DNA from: an uncultured Pseudomonadales bacterium
GTDB taxonomy: Bacteria; Patescibacteriota; Microgenomatia; UBA1400; CAYXSR01
DNA: 64,000 nucleotides
NCBI GenBank assembly: GCA_964430265.1
Contig: CAYSEI010000004.1
Location: forward strand, 45,872 to 109,871
Direction: 5' to 3'
A model generated the notes under the pieces. The model was not told the DNA's origin, searched no databases, and worked only from the letters and a program-made list of their open reading frames with translations. The stretch's first letter is position 1. Each line of letters opens with the position of its first letter. The translations under genes were made by a program, and so were the position numbers. Positions 9,320 to 17,634 of the stretch are shown in pieces.

Positions 9320-10467
9320 AGATTGTAGTTGTAATGCCGACTTACAATGAAGAAGACAACATTGGCAAAATGATTGATGTTCTGCATGAAGAGATTTTTC
9401 CGCAGCTGAAAAAGCATGATTTGGAATTATTGGTTGTTGATGATAATTCACCAGATAAAACACAAGAAATTGTTAAAAAGAAAACAAATAAATATGAAAA
9501 TATTCATCTTTTTACAGGAGAAAAAAAAGGTTTGGGAGTAGCTTATGTCAGGGGAATAAAATATGCAATGGAAAATCTGGATGCAGAATGGGTTGTGGAA
9601 ATGGATGCTGATTTTCAGCACAACCCAAATGACCTTGTGCCAATGATCTTAGCAGCAGAGGAAGGTTATGACTATATTATCGGTTCCCGCTACATAGAAG
9701 GCGGTTCAATACCCAAAGAATGGGCTTTAATACGCAAACTTCAATCAGTTTTAGGCAATTTGCTTGCCAGGATTGTTCTTTGGCTGCCACAAATTCATGA
9801 TGTTACCAGTGGGTTTAAAATGAGTAAGGTCAAAGAGTATTTGGATAAAATAGATATTGATGAAATTGTCAAGGAAGAATATTCCCGTAATTATGCTTAC
9901 AAAATATTTCTGCTTTTTAAAATGATTAAACAGGGAGCGAAAGTAAAAGAAGTTCCAATTAATTTTCAATCCCGCGAAGAAGGGGACTCAAAAATGCCCA
10001 AAAATAATATTAAGGATTCTTTACGCATGGTTCTGACTCTTAGATGGTTGGAGTCGCAGCGGTTTATAAAAGTCTGTGCAGTTGGAACTATTGGAGCGGC
10101 CATTCAGTTTACTATTTTTAATATCCTAAGAAGGACACTTAATCCGGAAATTGCCAATGTGATTGCAGTAGAGTTTGCAATTATTGGCAACTTTATTATT
10201 AATAATTCATGGACTTTTAAAGATAAAAAGCTCAAGATTGAAAAAGGATTGCAAAAGATCATTCTTAAATTTGCCCAATTCAACCTTTTTTCATTAGGTT
10301 CCTTATTAATTCAGTACATAGTAATGAAAATCGGCACTAACATTCTGGGTCGCGGCTTTATAATTGAAAATGGGTTAGTAGTAGTTGGAATTTTATTGGG
10401 TTTAATTTACAATTTTACAATCTACACCAAACTGATTTGGAAAACAACAAATAAAAAAGAAAAATGA
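9316..10467 (+). CDS. polyprenyl-phosphate sugar synthase (DPM1/GtrB-like GT2) fused to C-terminal GtrA-like membrane domain
   Basis: N-terminal VVMPTYNEEDNI...VVDDNSPDKT...EMDADFQHNP (GT2 DPM1-like DxD region). C-terminal KVCAVGTIGAAIQFTIFNILRR...GNFIINNSWTFKDKK is the GtrA-family signature. Confidence 0.75.
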   Translation: MKIVVVMPTYNEEDNIGKMIDVLHEEIFPQLKKHDLELLVVDDNSPDKTQEIVKKKTNKYENIHLFTGEKKGLGVAYVRGIKYAMENLDAEWVVEMDADFQHNPNDLVPMILAAEEGYDYIIGSRYIEGGSIPKEWALIRKLQSVLGNLLARIVLWLPQIHDVTSGFKMSKVKEYLDKIDIDEIVKEEYSRNYAYKIFLLFKMIKQGAKVKEVPINFQSREEGDSKMPKNNIKDSLRMVLTLRWLESQRFIKVCAVGTIGAAIQFTIFNILRRTLNPEIANVIAVEFAIIGNFIINNSWTFKDKKLKIEKGLQKIILKFAQFNLFSLGSLLIQYIVMKIGTNILGRGFIIENGLVVVGILLGLIYNFTIYTKLIWKTTNKKEK

Positions 10468-12653
10468 TTAAAGAACTTTCTGTTTTTTTCCCTGCCTACA
10501 ATGAAGAGAAAAATATTTCAAAAACTGTTAAAGATACTGTCAAAGTTCTTGAAGACAAGGGAATAAAATACGAGGCACTTGTAATTGATGACGGGTCCAA
10601 AGATAAAACAGCAGAAATTGTAAAAAAGCTTCACAAAGAGAATGAAAAAGTAAAACTTGTTTCCCACAATGAAAATAAAGGATACGGCGCTGCAATAAAA
10701 ACCGGTATGAAAAACTCCCAATATGAGTGGGTATGTTTTACAGACTCAGATGGGCAGTTTGATTTTAAGCAAATCAAAAGGTTTTTAAAACATACTGATG
10801 AAAATGATTTGATCATTGGATACAGGGAGAAGAGGTCCGATAGCTTAGTAAGAAGGTTTATTGCTAATGTTCTTTTAAGAATCTGGAATCTGATTTTGTA
10901 TGGTGTTTGGTTTAAGGATGTGGATTGCGGGTTTAAACTCTTTAAAAAGCAAGTGGTTGATAAGGTTTATCCTAAATTAGTTACAGAAAGTGCTATTACT
11001 GAAACTGAATTTATGGTCCGTAGCAAAAGAAATGGATTTAAAATAAACGAAGTGCCGGTAACCCACCATGCACGAACCGGAGGCGACCAGACGGGTGGAA
11101 ATTTTAAAGTTGTGAGTAAAGCTGTTTTACAAGGTATAAAACTATATTTATCTTTTTTAAAGGAATTCTTTTCCCAGTGGCAAAATATTTTGTTTTTTAT
11201 AATTCTTGTTTTAGGAGCTTTTTTAAGGTTTTTTAAATTAAGAGCTTATATGACTTTTTTAGGTGATCAAGGAAGGGATGCTTTGGTAGTTTGGAAGATG
11301 TTAAAAGAGGGGGACATTACTTTTTTGGGTCCGGTTGCATCTATGGGCGGTTTTTACTTAGGTCCAATCTATTATTATTTTATGGTCCCTTTTTTATTTC
11401 TTTGGAACTACAATCCGGTTGGTCCCGCTGTGATGGTGGTTTTGTTTGATTTAGCTACTATTGTTTTAATTTACAAATTTTGCAATGAGTTTATTAACAA
11501 AAAAGTTGCACTTTTATCAACATTTCTTTATGCAATTTCAAACCTTGTAATTGTCTATTCCCGTTTTTCCTGGAACCCCAATATCTTGCCTTTTTTCTCT
11601 TTTCTTGTGTTTTATTCTTATGCCAAGGCAATAATTAAAAAGCAAAAATTCTTTTATTTAATTGCAGGTTTATCTACCGGAGTAATTGTCCAGCTGCATT
11701 ATATGGCAGTTTTAATGTTTCCTTTTATGATTTTGGCTTACTTTCTTTTGGATAATAAAAAGGAGATAAAAGATATATTTCAGCTTATTGGCGGATTTTT
11801 AATTACTTTTTCACCTTTTTTACTTTTTGAGATCAGGCATGGATTTCCCAATTTCAATACTATTTTTAATTTTGTTTTAAAAGGTGAAGAAGTTGGCCTT
11901 CTTACAGGAGGTAAGCAGGTGGTTAACAATACTTTTATTAGTTTAGGCACCCAATTGTTTTCTGGGATTCTGACACCTGGATATAAATTACTGGGTAAAA
12001 TTTTACTTATATTTTCTTTAATTGGAATCTTTTTTGAATATCTGACGCCAAGAATTATGAAAAGAAAACAAACTATGTTATTGTTTTTTTTAATTAGCTT
12101 GATATTTATTTCTTCAATATACAATAATCCTATTCATGATCACTATTTGACATTTTTGTTCTTCTTGCCGCCATTGATTTTTAGTATTGCTTTTTTCAAG
12201 TTTGTTGATAATAGAAAGCTTCTTTTTATTCCCGGAGCAATATTAATCTTTTTACTAGTAAGAGCTAATTTTCAAGAGAATCTCTTACATGGAGAACCAA
12301 ATAGACAGCTAGCACAGCTTAACCGGGTAACTAATATAATAATTGATAAAGCTCAGAATAATAAATTCAACTTTGCCATGGCAACACCGGGCAATTCAGA
12401 TCATGCATACCGTTATTTTTTAACCAAAAAAGGATATGAACCTGTAAAAATTGAAAATCGAATTGAGGAAGAGTTAATGGTTGTATGTGAAGTCCAAGAT
12501 TGTAACCCTATAGATAAGAGTCTTTGGGAGATTAGGGAATTTGGAGATGCTAAAATAGAAGGCAAGTGGAGTGATGATGAAGTGATTTTTGTTTACCGTC
12601 TAGTACACACTAAAAAATCAGAAGATTTAATTGGACAACCTGCTAAAAAATAG
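10464..12653 (+). CDS. fusion protein: DPM1/GtrB-like GT2 domain plus GT-C-like polytopic membrane domain (D-x-G-R-D family)
   Basis: Residues 1 to about 230 are SVFFPAYNEEKNI...VIDDGSKDKT...FTDSDGQFD (GT2). The remainder is a roughly 500-aa multi-TM domain with LGDQGRDALVVWKML...LGPVASMGGFYLGPIYYYFM, homologous to ORFs 14572, 47452, 49065 and 59337. Confidence 0.65.
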   Translation: MIKELSVFFPAYNEEKNISKTVKDTVKVLEDKGIKYEALVIDDGSKDKTAEIVKKLHKENEKVKLVSHNENKGYGAAIKTGMKNSQYEWVCFTDSDGQFDFKQIKRFLKHTDENDLIIGYREKRSDSLVRRFIANVLLRIWNLILYGVWFKDVDCGFKLFKKQVVDKVYPKLVTESAITETEFMVRSKRNGFKINEVPVTHHARTGGDQTGGNFKVVSKAVLQGIKLYLSFLKEFFSQWQNILFFIILVLGAFLRFFKLRAYMTFLGDQGRDALVVWKMLKEGDITFLGPVASMGGFYLGPIYYYFMVPFLFLWNYNPVGPAVMVVLFDLATIVLIYKFCNEFINKKVALLSTFLYAISNLVIVYSRFSWNPNILPFFSFLVFYSYAKAIIKKQKFFYLIAGLSTGVIVQLHYMAVLMFPFMILAYFLLDNKKEIKDIFQLIGGFLITFSPFLLFEIRHGFPNFNTIFNFVLKGEEVGLLTGGKQVVNNTFISLGTQLFSGILTPGYKLLGKILLIFSLIGIFFEYLTPRIMKRKQTMLLFFLISLIFISSIYNNPIHDHYLTFLFFLPPLIFSIAFFKFVDNRKLLFIPGAILIFLLVRANFQENLLHGEPNRQLAQLNRVTNIIIDKAQNNKFNFAMATPGNSDHAYRYFLTKKGYEPVKIENRIEEELMVVCEVQDCNPIDKSLWEIREFGDAKIEGKWSDDEVIFVYRLVHTKKSEDLIGQPAKK

Positions 12654-12661
12654 GAGATAAA

Positions 12662-13426
12662 ATGAATAAAAAATATCTATCAGTAATTATCCCGGCGTTT
12701 AATGAAGAGGAAAATTTCAAACGCGGGGCTTTAAAACAAGTAAGCGAGTATTTAGAAAAACAAACTTATGAATATGAGGTTTTATTGGTTGATGACGGTT
12801 CAATTGACAAGACATATGACCTTCTTAAAGACTATATTAAAAACAAGAAAAATTGGAAATTAGTTAAAATTCCTCATCAAGGTAAGTATAAGGCAATAAA
12901 AAAAGGTGTTCAAAAAGCAAGTGGTGAGCTGGTACTCTTTACCGACTTTGACCAATCCACTCCCTTGTATGAATCGGAAAAATTAATTAAAGCAGTTAAA
13001 AACGGAAGTGACTTGGCAATCGGTTCCAGGGAAATTATTGGTGCCAAAAGGGAAGAGGAACCTTTTTACCGTCATTTAATGGGAAAAGGATTTAATTTTG
13101 TTGTCAGAATTATTACAGGACTTTCTTATCATGATACGCAATGCGGATTTAAACTGTTTAAAAAAGAACCGATAAAAAAGATCATAGAAAATGTATCTGT
13201 TGCAGAGAAAAGAAAGGTTGCGGATGCATATACAGGTGCTTTTGACGTGGAAATTCTTTATTTAGCCCAAAAGATGGGTTATAAATCAAAAGAAGTTCCT
13301 GTTGACTGGAAGCATTTTAAAACCCAGCGTGTAAATCCGATTAAAGATTCTTTAAGGATGTTTATAGATATTCTCAAAATTAGGGTTGCTGATTTATTGG
13401 GGGAATATAGAAAAAGTGATGAATAA
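12662..13426 (+). CDS. DPM1/GtrB-like GT2 polyprenyl-phosphate glycosyltransferase
   Basis: SVIIPAFNEEENF...LLVDDGSIDKT...FTDFDQSTP. 254 aa and soluble. Confidence 0.75.
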   Translation: MNKKYLSVIIPAFNEEENFKRGALKQVSEYLEKQTYEYEVLLVDDGSIDKTYDLLKDYIKNKKNWKLVKIPHQGKYKAIKKGVQKASGELVLFTDFDQSTPLYESEKLIKAVKNGSDLAIGSREIIGAKREEEPFYRHLMGKGFNFVVRIITGLSYHDTQCGFKLFKKEPIKKIIENVSVAEKRKVADAYTGAFDVEILYLAQKMGYKSKEVPVDWKHFKTQRVNPIKDSLRMFIDILKIRVADLLGEYRKSDE

Positions 13427-14561
13427 AAAGATCAAACTGGTAATAGGTTTATACTTTCTTTACTTATTTGTTTTAAATATTTTTTCATATACCCAGGTAG
13501 ATTTAAATTTAACCTTGTTCGGTTTTGGTCCGTATTTAAAAGTACAAGAAAAACTTACTCAACTGGGCTATTTTAACAGGCCGTTGAATACCGCTATTTT
13601 ACTTGTTTTATTAATTTTGTCTTTTATTTTCTGGCTGTTTTTTGTTAGGAACAATAAAAAATTTAGTTTAAGCCAAACTAAAAAAATAATTTTAATTACG
13701 GGGTTATTGCTGGTTTTTGCCTATCCGATTTTTTCCCATGACATATTCAATTATATTTTTGATGCCCGCATTTTTACCAAATACAGATTAAATCCATACC
13801 AGTATAAAGCTTTGGATTTTTCAAATGACCCTTGGACAAGGTTTATGCACTGGACGCATCGTACTAATCCTTATCCTGTATTCTGGACTTTATATACCTT
13901 TATTCCTTCAATTTTAGGTCTGCAGATATTTTCTTTTACTTTTTATCTTTTTAAGTTATTTGTTGGAATTATACCTTATTATCTTGCCTGCTTTTTTATT
14001 TACAAAATCAGTAAAAAATACTTCAATACAAAAAAAGCTTTGTTTTTATTTGCTTTCTCACCTTTAGTAATTTTTGAATTTTTAATAAACAGCCATAATG
14101 ATTTATTAATGGTTTCTGTTATGCTTTTTTCTTTATATAAGCTGATGCAAAACAAAAAAATACAATCTTTTTTTGGATTAACAACTTCTGTTTTAGTAAA
14201 ATATGCAACTGCAGCATTAATACCAGTCTATGTTTTAAAGTTTTTTAAAAGGAATCTTAAAAAAGAAAATATTTTAAAAATCTCCTTTTGGCTAATGTTT
14301 TTAATAATGGCAGTTTATTCGTATATAAATGAACTGCAGATTTGGTATTTGATTTGGATATTTCCTTTATCAGTATTGTTATTTAAAAATACCTTTTATC
14401 TTGCAATTTCTTTCCTTATACAACTGATGCTTTTTTTCTACCACGGGTATTTATACTTTGGTGAGTGGAAGTATGGGAGTTTAAGACTTTTGTTTTTTCT
14501 AGTACTTTTAATATTAGCTTTGGGATATAAGACAATTAAAGAAAAATATATTACCAAATAA
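13419..14561 (+). CDS. polytopic membrane protein, PIG-M/GT87(DUF2029)-like mannosyltransferase candidate
   Basis: ATG 13419 overlaps the upstream stop (ATGAATAA). The first-loop motif SHDIFNYIFDARIF...NPY resembles the PIG-M/GT87 motif TDIDYxVFTDAAR...SPY. About 10 predicted TM segments. Confidence 0.4.
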   Translation: MNKKIKLVIGLYFLYLFVLNIFSYTQVDLNLTLFGFGPYLKVQEKLTQLGYFNRPLNTAILLVLLILSFIFWLFFVRNNKKFSLSQTKKIILITGLLLVFAYPIFSHDIFNYIFDARIFTKYRLNPYQYKALDFSNDPWTRFMHWTHRTNPYPVFWTLYTFIPSILGLQIFSFTFYLFKLFVGIIPYYLACFFIYKISKKYFNTKKALFLFAFSPLVIFEFLINSHNDLLMVSVMLFSLYKLMQNKKIQSFFGLTTSVLVKYATAALIPVYVLKFFKRNLKKENILKISFWLMFLIMAVYSYINELQIWYLIWIFPLSVLLFKNTFYLAISFLIQLMLFFYHGYLYFGEWKYGSLRLLFFLVLLILALGYKTIKEKYITK

Positions 14562-14571
14562 AAGCACAAAA

Positions 14572-16134
14572 ATGAATAAAAATATCAAAAAATATATGAT
14601 ATTAACATCTATATTAATCTTGGCATTTTTGCTAAGGCTTAAACCTTTTGTAACCAAAGAAATTCCTTTTATATTTGATACCGGCAGGGACATGGTTTGG
14701 ACACGGGATATTGTTGTACTTAAGGACTTTACTTTAATCGGTCCCTGGACTTCATTAACCGGAGTTTTTTTTGGTCCGCTTTGGTATTATTTGTTGGCAT
14801 TATTTTTTATTCCTTTGGGTGGACATCCAATTACGGGAACGGCTCTTTCAACTTTTATTAGCTTGGCAACAGTTTTACTCTTATATATTGTCGGCAAGAA
14901 AACTAAAAATCATTATTTAGGTCTAATTTTGGCTTTTTTAGGGGCTGTTTATCCAATAATGATTGGAACTTCAGTGACCTCTTTAAATCCAAACCCGATT
15001 ATTTTTCTTTCACCTTTAATAATTTATCTTTTGTATATCCTTCCCAAAAGTAAAAATAATAAATTCTGGAAGTATCTGGCCGCTTTGTTTTTTACTGTCA
15101 GTCTAATTTTTCATTTTTCCACACCAACGGCTTTATACTTTACGCTTTTGTTAATTTTTTATTTAATTTATCTTTTTATTAAAACCAAACAATTTAAAAT
15201 AAAAAAATTTTTAATCAGTGGAATCTTTTTTATTATTCCTTTTGCACCTCAGATATTGTTTGAATTAAGAAATAACTTTTTACAAATCCGCTCATTTGCA
15301 AGCTTTTTGACTGGAAAATCTAATTCTTTACAAGGTTATCTGCCTATATTTGAAAGAACACTTAACCGCTGGGGAATTTTATGGGGCTTTTTTAAAAAAA
15401 TGCTTCCTTTAAACCAAAGTGTGATTGTGCAAATATTTTTTAGCTTATTAATTATTTATGCATATTATCTTGTTTACAAAAAAAAGGACAAATTAAAAAG
15501 CCTTTATGACCTTTGCTTTTTACTTTTAATCAGTTCATTTTTTGTTTTTAATTTTCTTTTTAAAGCAGCGCTCAGACCTTGGTATGTTTTTCATATTCCA
15601 ATGACCTTCATAATCTTACTGGGTACAAGCTTTTGGGTTGTGTTAAAAGAGCATAAGTTTTTAAAATATTTAATGCCAATATTAATTATTGGCTTTTTAT
15701 TAAATGTAAACTTTATTGCTTCACTTAAATTTAAACAGACAACACCGGATATCAGTGAGTACAGGAGCCAGAAAAAAGTAATTGAATATATTTACAATGA
15801 TGCAAATAAAACACCTTTTAATGTATATGTATTTACACCGGCTTTATATGATTTCCATTATCAGTACAGTTTTTGGTGGATCGGTCGCAAAAGAAACTTC
15901 TGGCCGGTTGAGTATGCGTATTTACCAGGTAAGGTAGAATATGTTCCAAATAAACAAAGGTATTATGACAGGCAAAAGCAGATTATGGGGGATAAAAAAG
16001 CAGAAATAACCTATTTAATAATTGAAACCAAAGATAATCCCAATTTCCCCGGATGGCACGGATATTTTGAAGAATTAGATCTGATTTCAGAAAAAGAGTT
16101 TGAAAGTGGTATAATTTTGGAGAAAAGGCATTAA
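14572..16134 (+). CDS. GT-C-like membrane protein, D-x-G-R-D family, with C-terminal soluble domain
   Basis: IFDTGRDMVWTRDIVVLKDFTLIGPWTSLTGVFFGPLWYY is shared with ORFs 10464(C-term), 47452, 49065 and 59337. Multi-TM N-terminal region and roughly 130-aa hydrophilic C-terminus. Confidence 0.5.
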   Translation: MNKNIKKYMILTSILILAFLLRLKPFVTKEIPFIFDTGRDMVWTRDIVVLKDFTLIGPWTSLTGVFFGPLWYYLLALFFIPLGGHPITGTALSTFISLATVLLLYIVGKKTKNHYLGLILAFLGAVYPIMIGTSVTSLNPNPIIFLSPLIIYLLYILPKSKNNKFWKYLAALFFTVSLIFHFSTPTALYFTLLLIFYLIYLFIKTKQFKIKKFLISGIFFIIPFAPQILFELRNNFLQIRSFASFLTGKSNSLQGYLPIFERTLNRWGILWGFFKKMLPLNQSVIVQIFFSLLIIYAYYLVYKKKDKLKSLYDLCFLLLISSFFVFNFLFKAALRPWYVFHIPMTFIILLGTSFWVVLKEHKFLKYLMPILIIGFLLNVNFIASLKFKQTTPDISEYRSQKKVIEYIYNDANKTPFNVYVFTPALYDFHYQYSFWWIGRKRNFWPVEYAYLPGKVEYVPNKQRYYDRQKQIMGDKKAEITYLIIETKDNPNFPGWHGYFEELDLISEKEFESGIILEKRH

Positions 16135-16137
16135 AAA

Positions 16138-17634
16138 ATGAAAATCAACAAAAGAGCAGTTATTACCAGTATTGGTATTTTGGCATTATTTGCACTTACC
16201 CGTCTTATTGGGATCCTAAAAATTCCTATTTTTACTGATGAGGCAATTTATCTGCGCTGGAGCCAGGTTGCTTCTTATGATGCATCCCAGCGTTTTATAT
16301 CCTTAATCGACGGCAAACAGCCCTTATATATGTGGGTGACAATGTTTGTTATGAAAATAATGGATGCGCCTTTGCTAGCAGGTAGGCTGGTGTCTGTATT
16401 TTCCGGTCTGGGTGCTTTAGCTGGCATGTTTTTGCTGACAAAAGAACTTTTCAATAAGAAAACAGCTTTTTTAAGCAGCTTTTTTTATGTTATATTTCCG
16501 CTTTTTATTTTATATGACAAAATGGCGCTTGTTGATGCCATGCTGACAATGTTTGGCTTCTGGAGCCTCTGGCTGGCAATTAAAATGGCTAAAAAAAGAA
16601 AACTGGTTTATGCACTGCTTTTGGGCGGAACATTGGGCGGTGCTTATCTGACAAAGTCTCCTGCTGTATTTTTTACTATCTTAAGCCTTTTATCGGGAAT
16701 ATTTATTAATTTTACAAAAGAGAAAAAAAGTAATCTAAAAAAAGCAGGACAGTTTATCGGCTTGTTTTTAATTGCTTTTGTTATTTCACAAGGTTTTTAT
16801 AATATCCTCAGGTTATCGCCGATGATGCATATGATTGCCAGGAAGAATTCTACATTTGTCAGAAGCTTTTCTGAGGTATTAAAAGATCCCTTTTTCAATT
16901 TCTGGGGTAATTTCAAAGGAGTAGGCAAGTGGATAATTGGTTATGTTTCAATACCTTTAATTATTACTGCAGTCTTTGGAATTTTTTACAAACCAGTGAA
17001 AAAATGGCGGGAGAAAATGTTTTTGTCAGCCTGGTTTTTTGGCCCGCTTCTTGCCTATTCATTATTTGGAAAGGTTTTGTACCCAAGATATATTTTGTTT
17101 TTTACTCCTTCACTGGTAATTTTTGTTAGCTACACGCTTATGCAGATGAAAAACAAGCTTAAAAATAAATTGTTTTATGTTTTGCTTTTCTTGTTGTTGC
17201 TTCCCAATATTTATACTTCATTTAAGTTGATAACCGATCCTTTAAATGCGCCTATACCTACAGCTGACAAGGGCCAATTTTTTAACAGCTATTTTGCCGG
17301 ATACGGAGTGGAAGAGGTAAATAATTATTTTAAAGAGGAAATAAAGAATGAGGAAGTTGTTTTGTATACGGAGGGGACATTTGGCCTTCTTCCTTATGCA
17401 GTTGAATTATATTTTTATAATAATCCTAATATCCGTGTTATTGGAATCTGGCCATTAGAAGAAGTTCCCGGTAAAAAAGTTAAATATATTCCAGGTAAAG
17501 AAAACTATCTGGTAACTAATGAAACACAGGAAATTCCCCAGCAGTGGCCCTTAGAGAAAATATTTGAAGTGCAAAAAGGTAAAAGTGAGGACAGATTAAG
17601 GTTATTTAAAATAATTGCTGATGAGAATAAATAA
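16138..17634 (+). CDS. PMT_2/ArnT-like (GT39/GT83-type) GT-C glycosyltransferase
   Basis: First-loop DE motif IFTDEAIYLRW, multi-TM N-terminal region and soluble C-terminal domain. 498 aa. Confidence 0.55.
   Translation: MKINKRAVITSIGILALFALTRLIGILKIPIFTDEAIYLRWSQVASYDASQRFISLIDGKQPLYMWVTMFVMKIMDAPLLAGRLVSVFSGLGALAGMFLLTKELFNKKTAFLSSFFYVIFPLFILYDKMALVDAMLTMFGFWSLWLAIKMAKKRKLVYALLLGGTLGGAYLTKSPAVFFTILSLLSGIFINFTKEKKSNLKKAGQFIGLFLIAFVISQGFYNILRLSPMMHMIARKNSTFVRSFSEVLKDPFFNFWGNFKGVGKWIIGYVSIPLIITAVFGIFYKPVKKWREKMFLSAWFFGPLLAYSLFGKVLYPRYILFFTPSLVIFVSYTLMQMKNKLKNKLFYVLLFLLLLPNIYTSFKLITDPLNAPIPTADKGQFFNSYFAGYGVEEVNNYFKEEIKNEEVVLYTEGTFGLLPYAVELYFYNNPNIRVIGIWPLEEVPGKKVKYIPGKENYLVTNETQEIPQQWPLEKIFEVQKGKSEDRLRLFKIIADENK

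Noticed and set aside
13386-13418. Track start TTG 13386 for the PIG-M-like gene (and similar TTG starts at 17615, 40947, 49059)
   Set aside because: In each case an in-frame ATG a few codons downstream forms an ATGA/ATGAATAA overlap with the upstream stop and gives a typical N-terminus. The ATG starts were preferred, though TTG initiation cannot be excluded.
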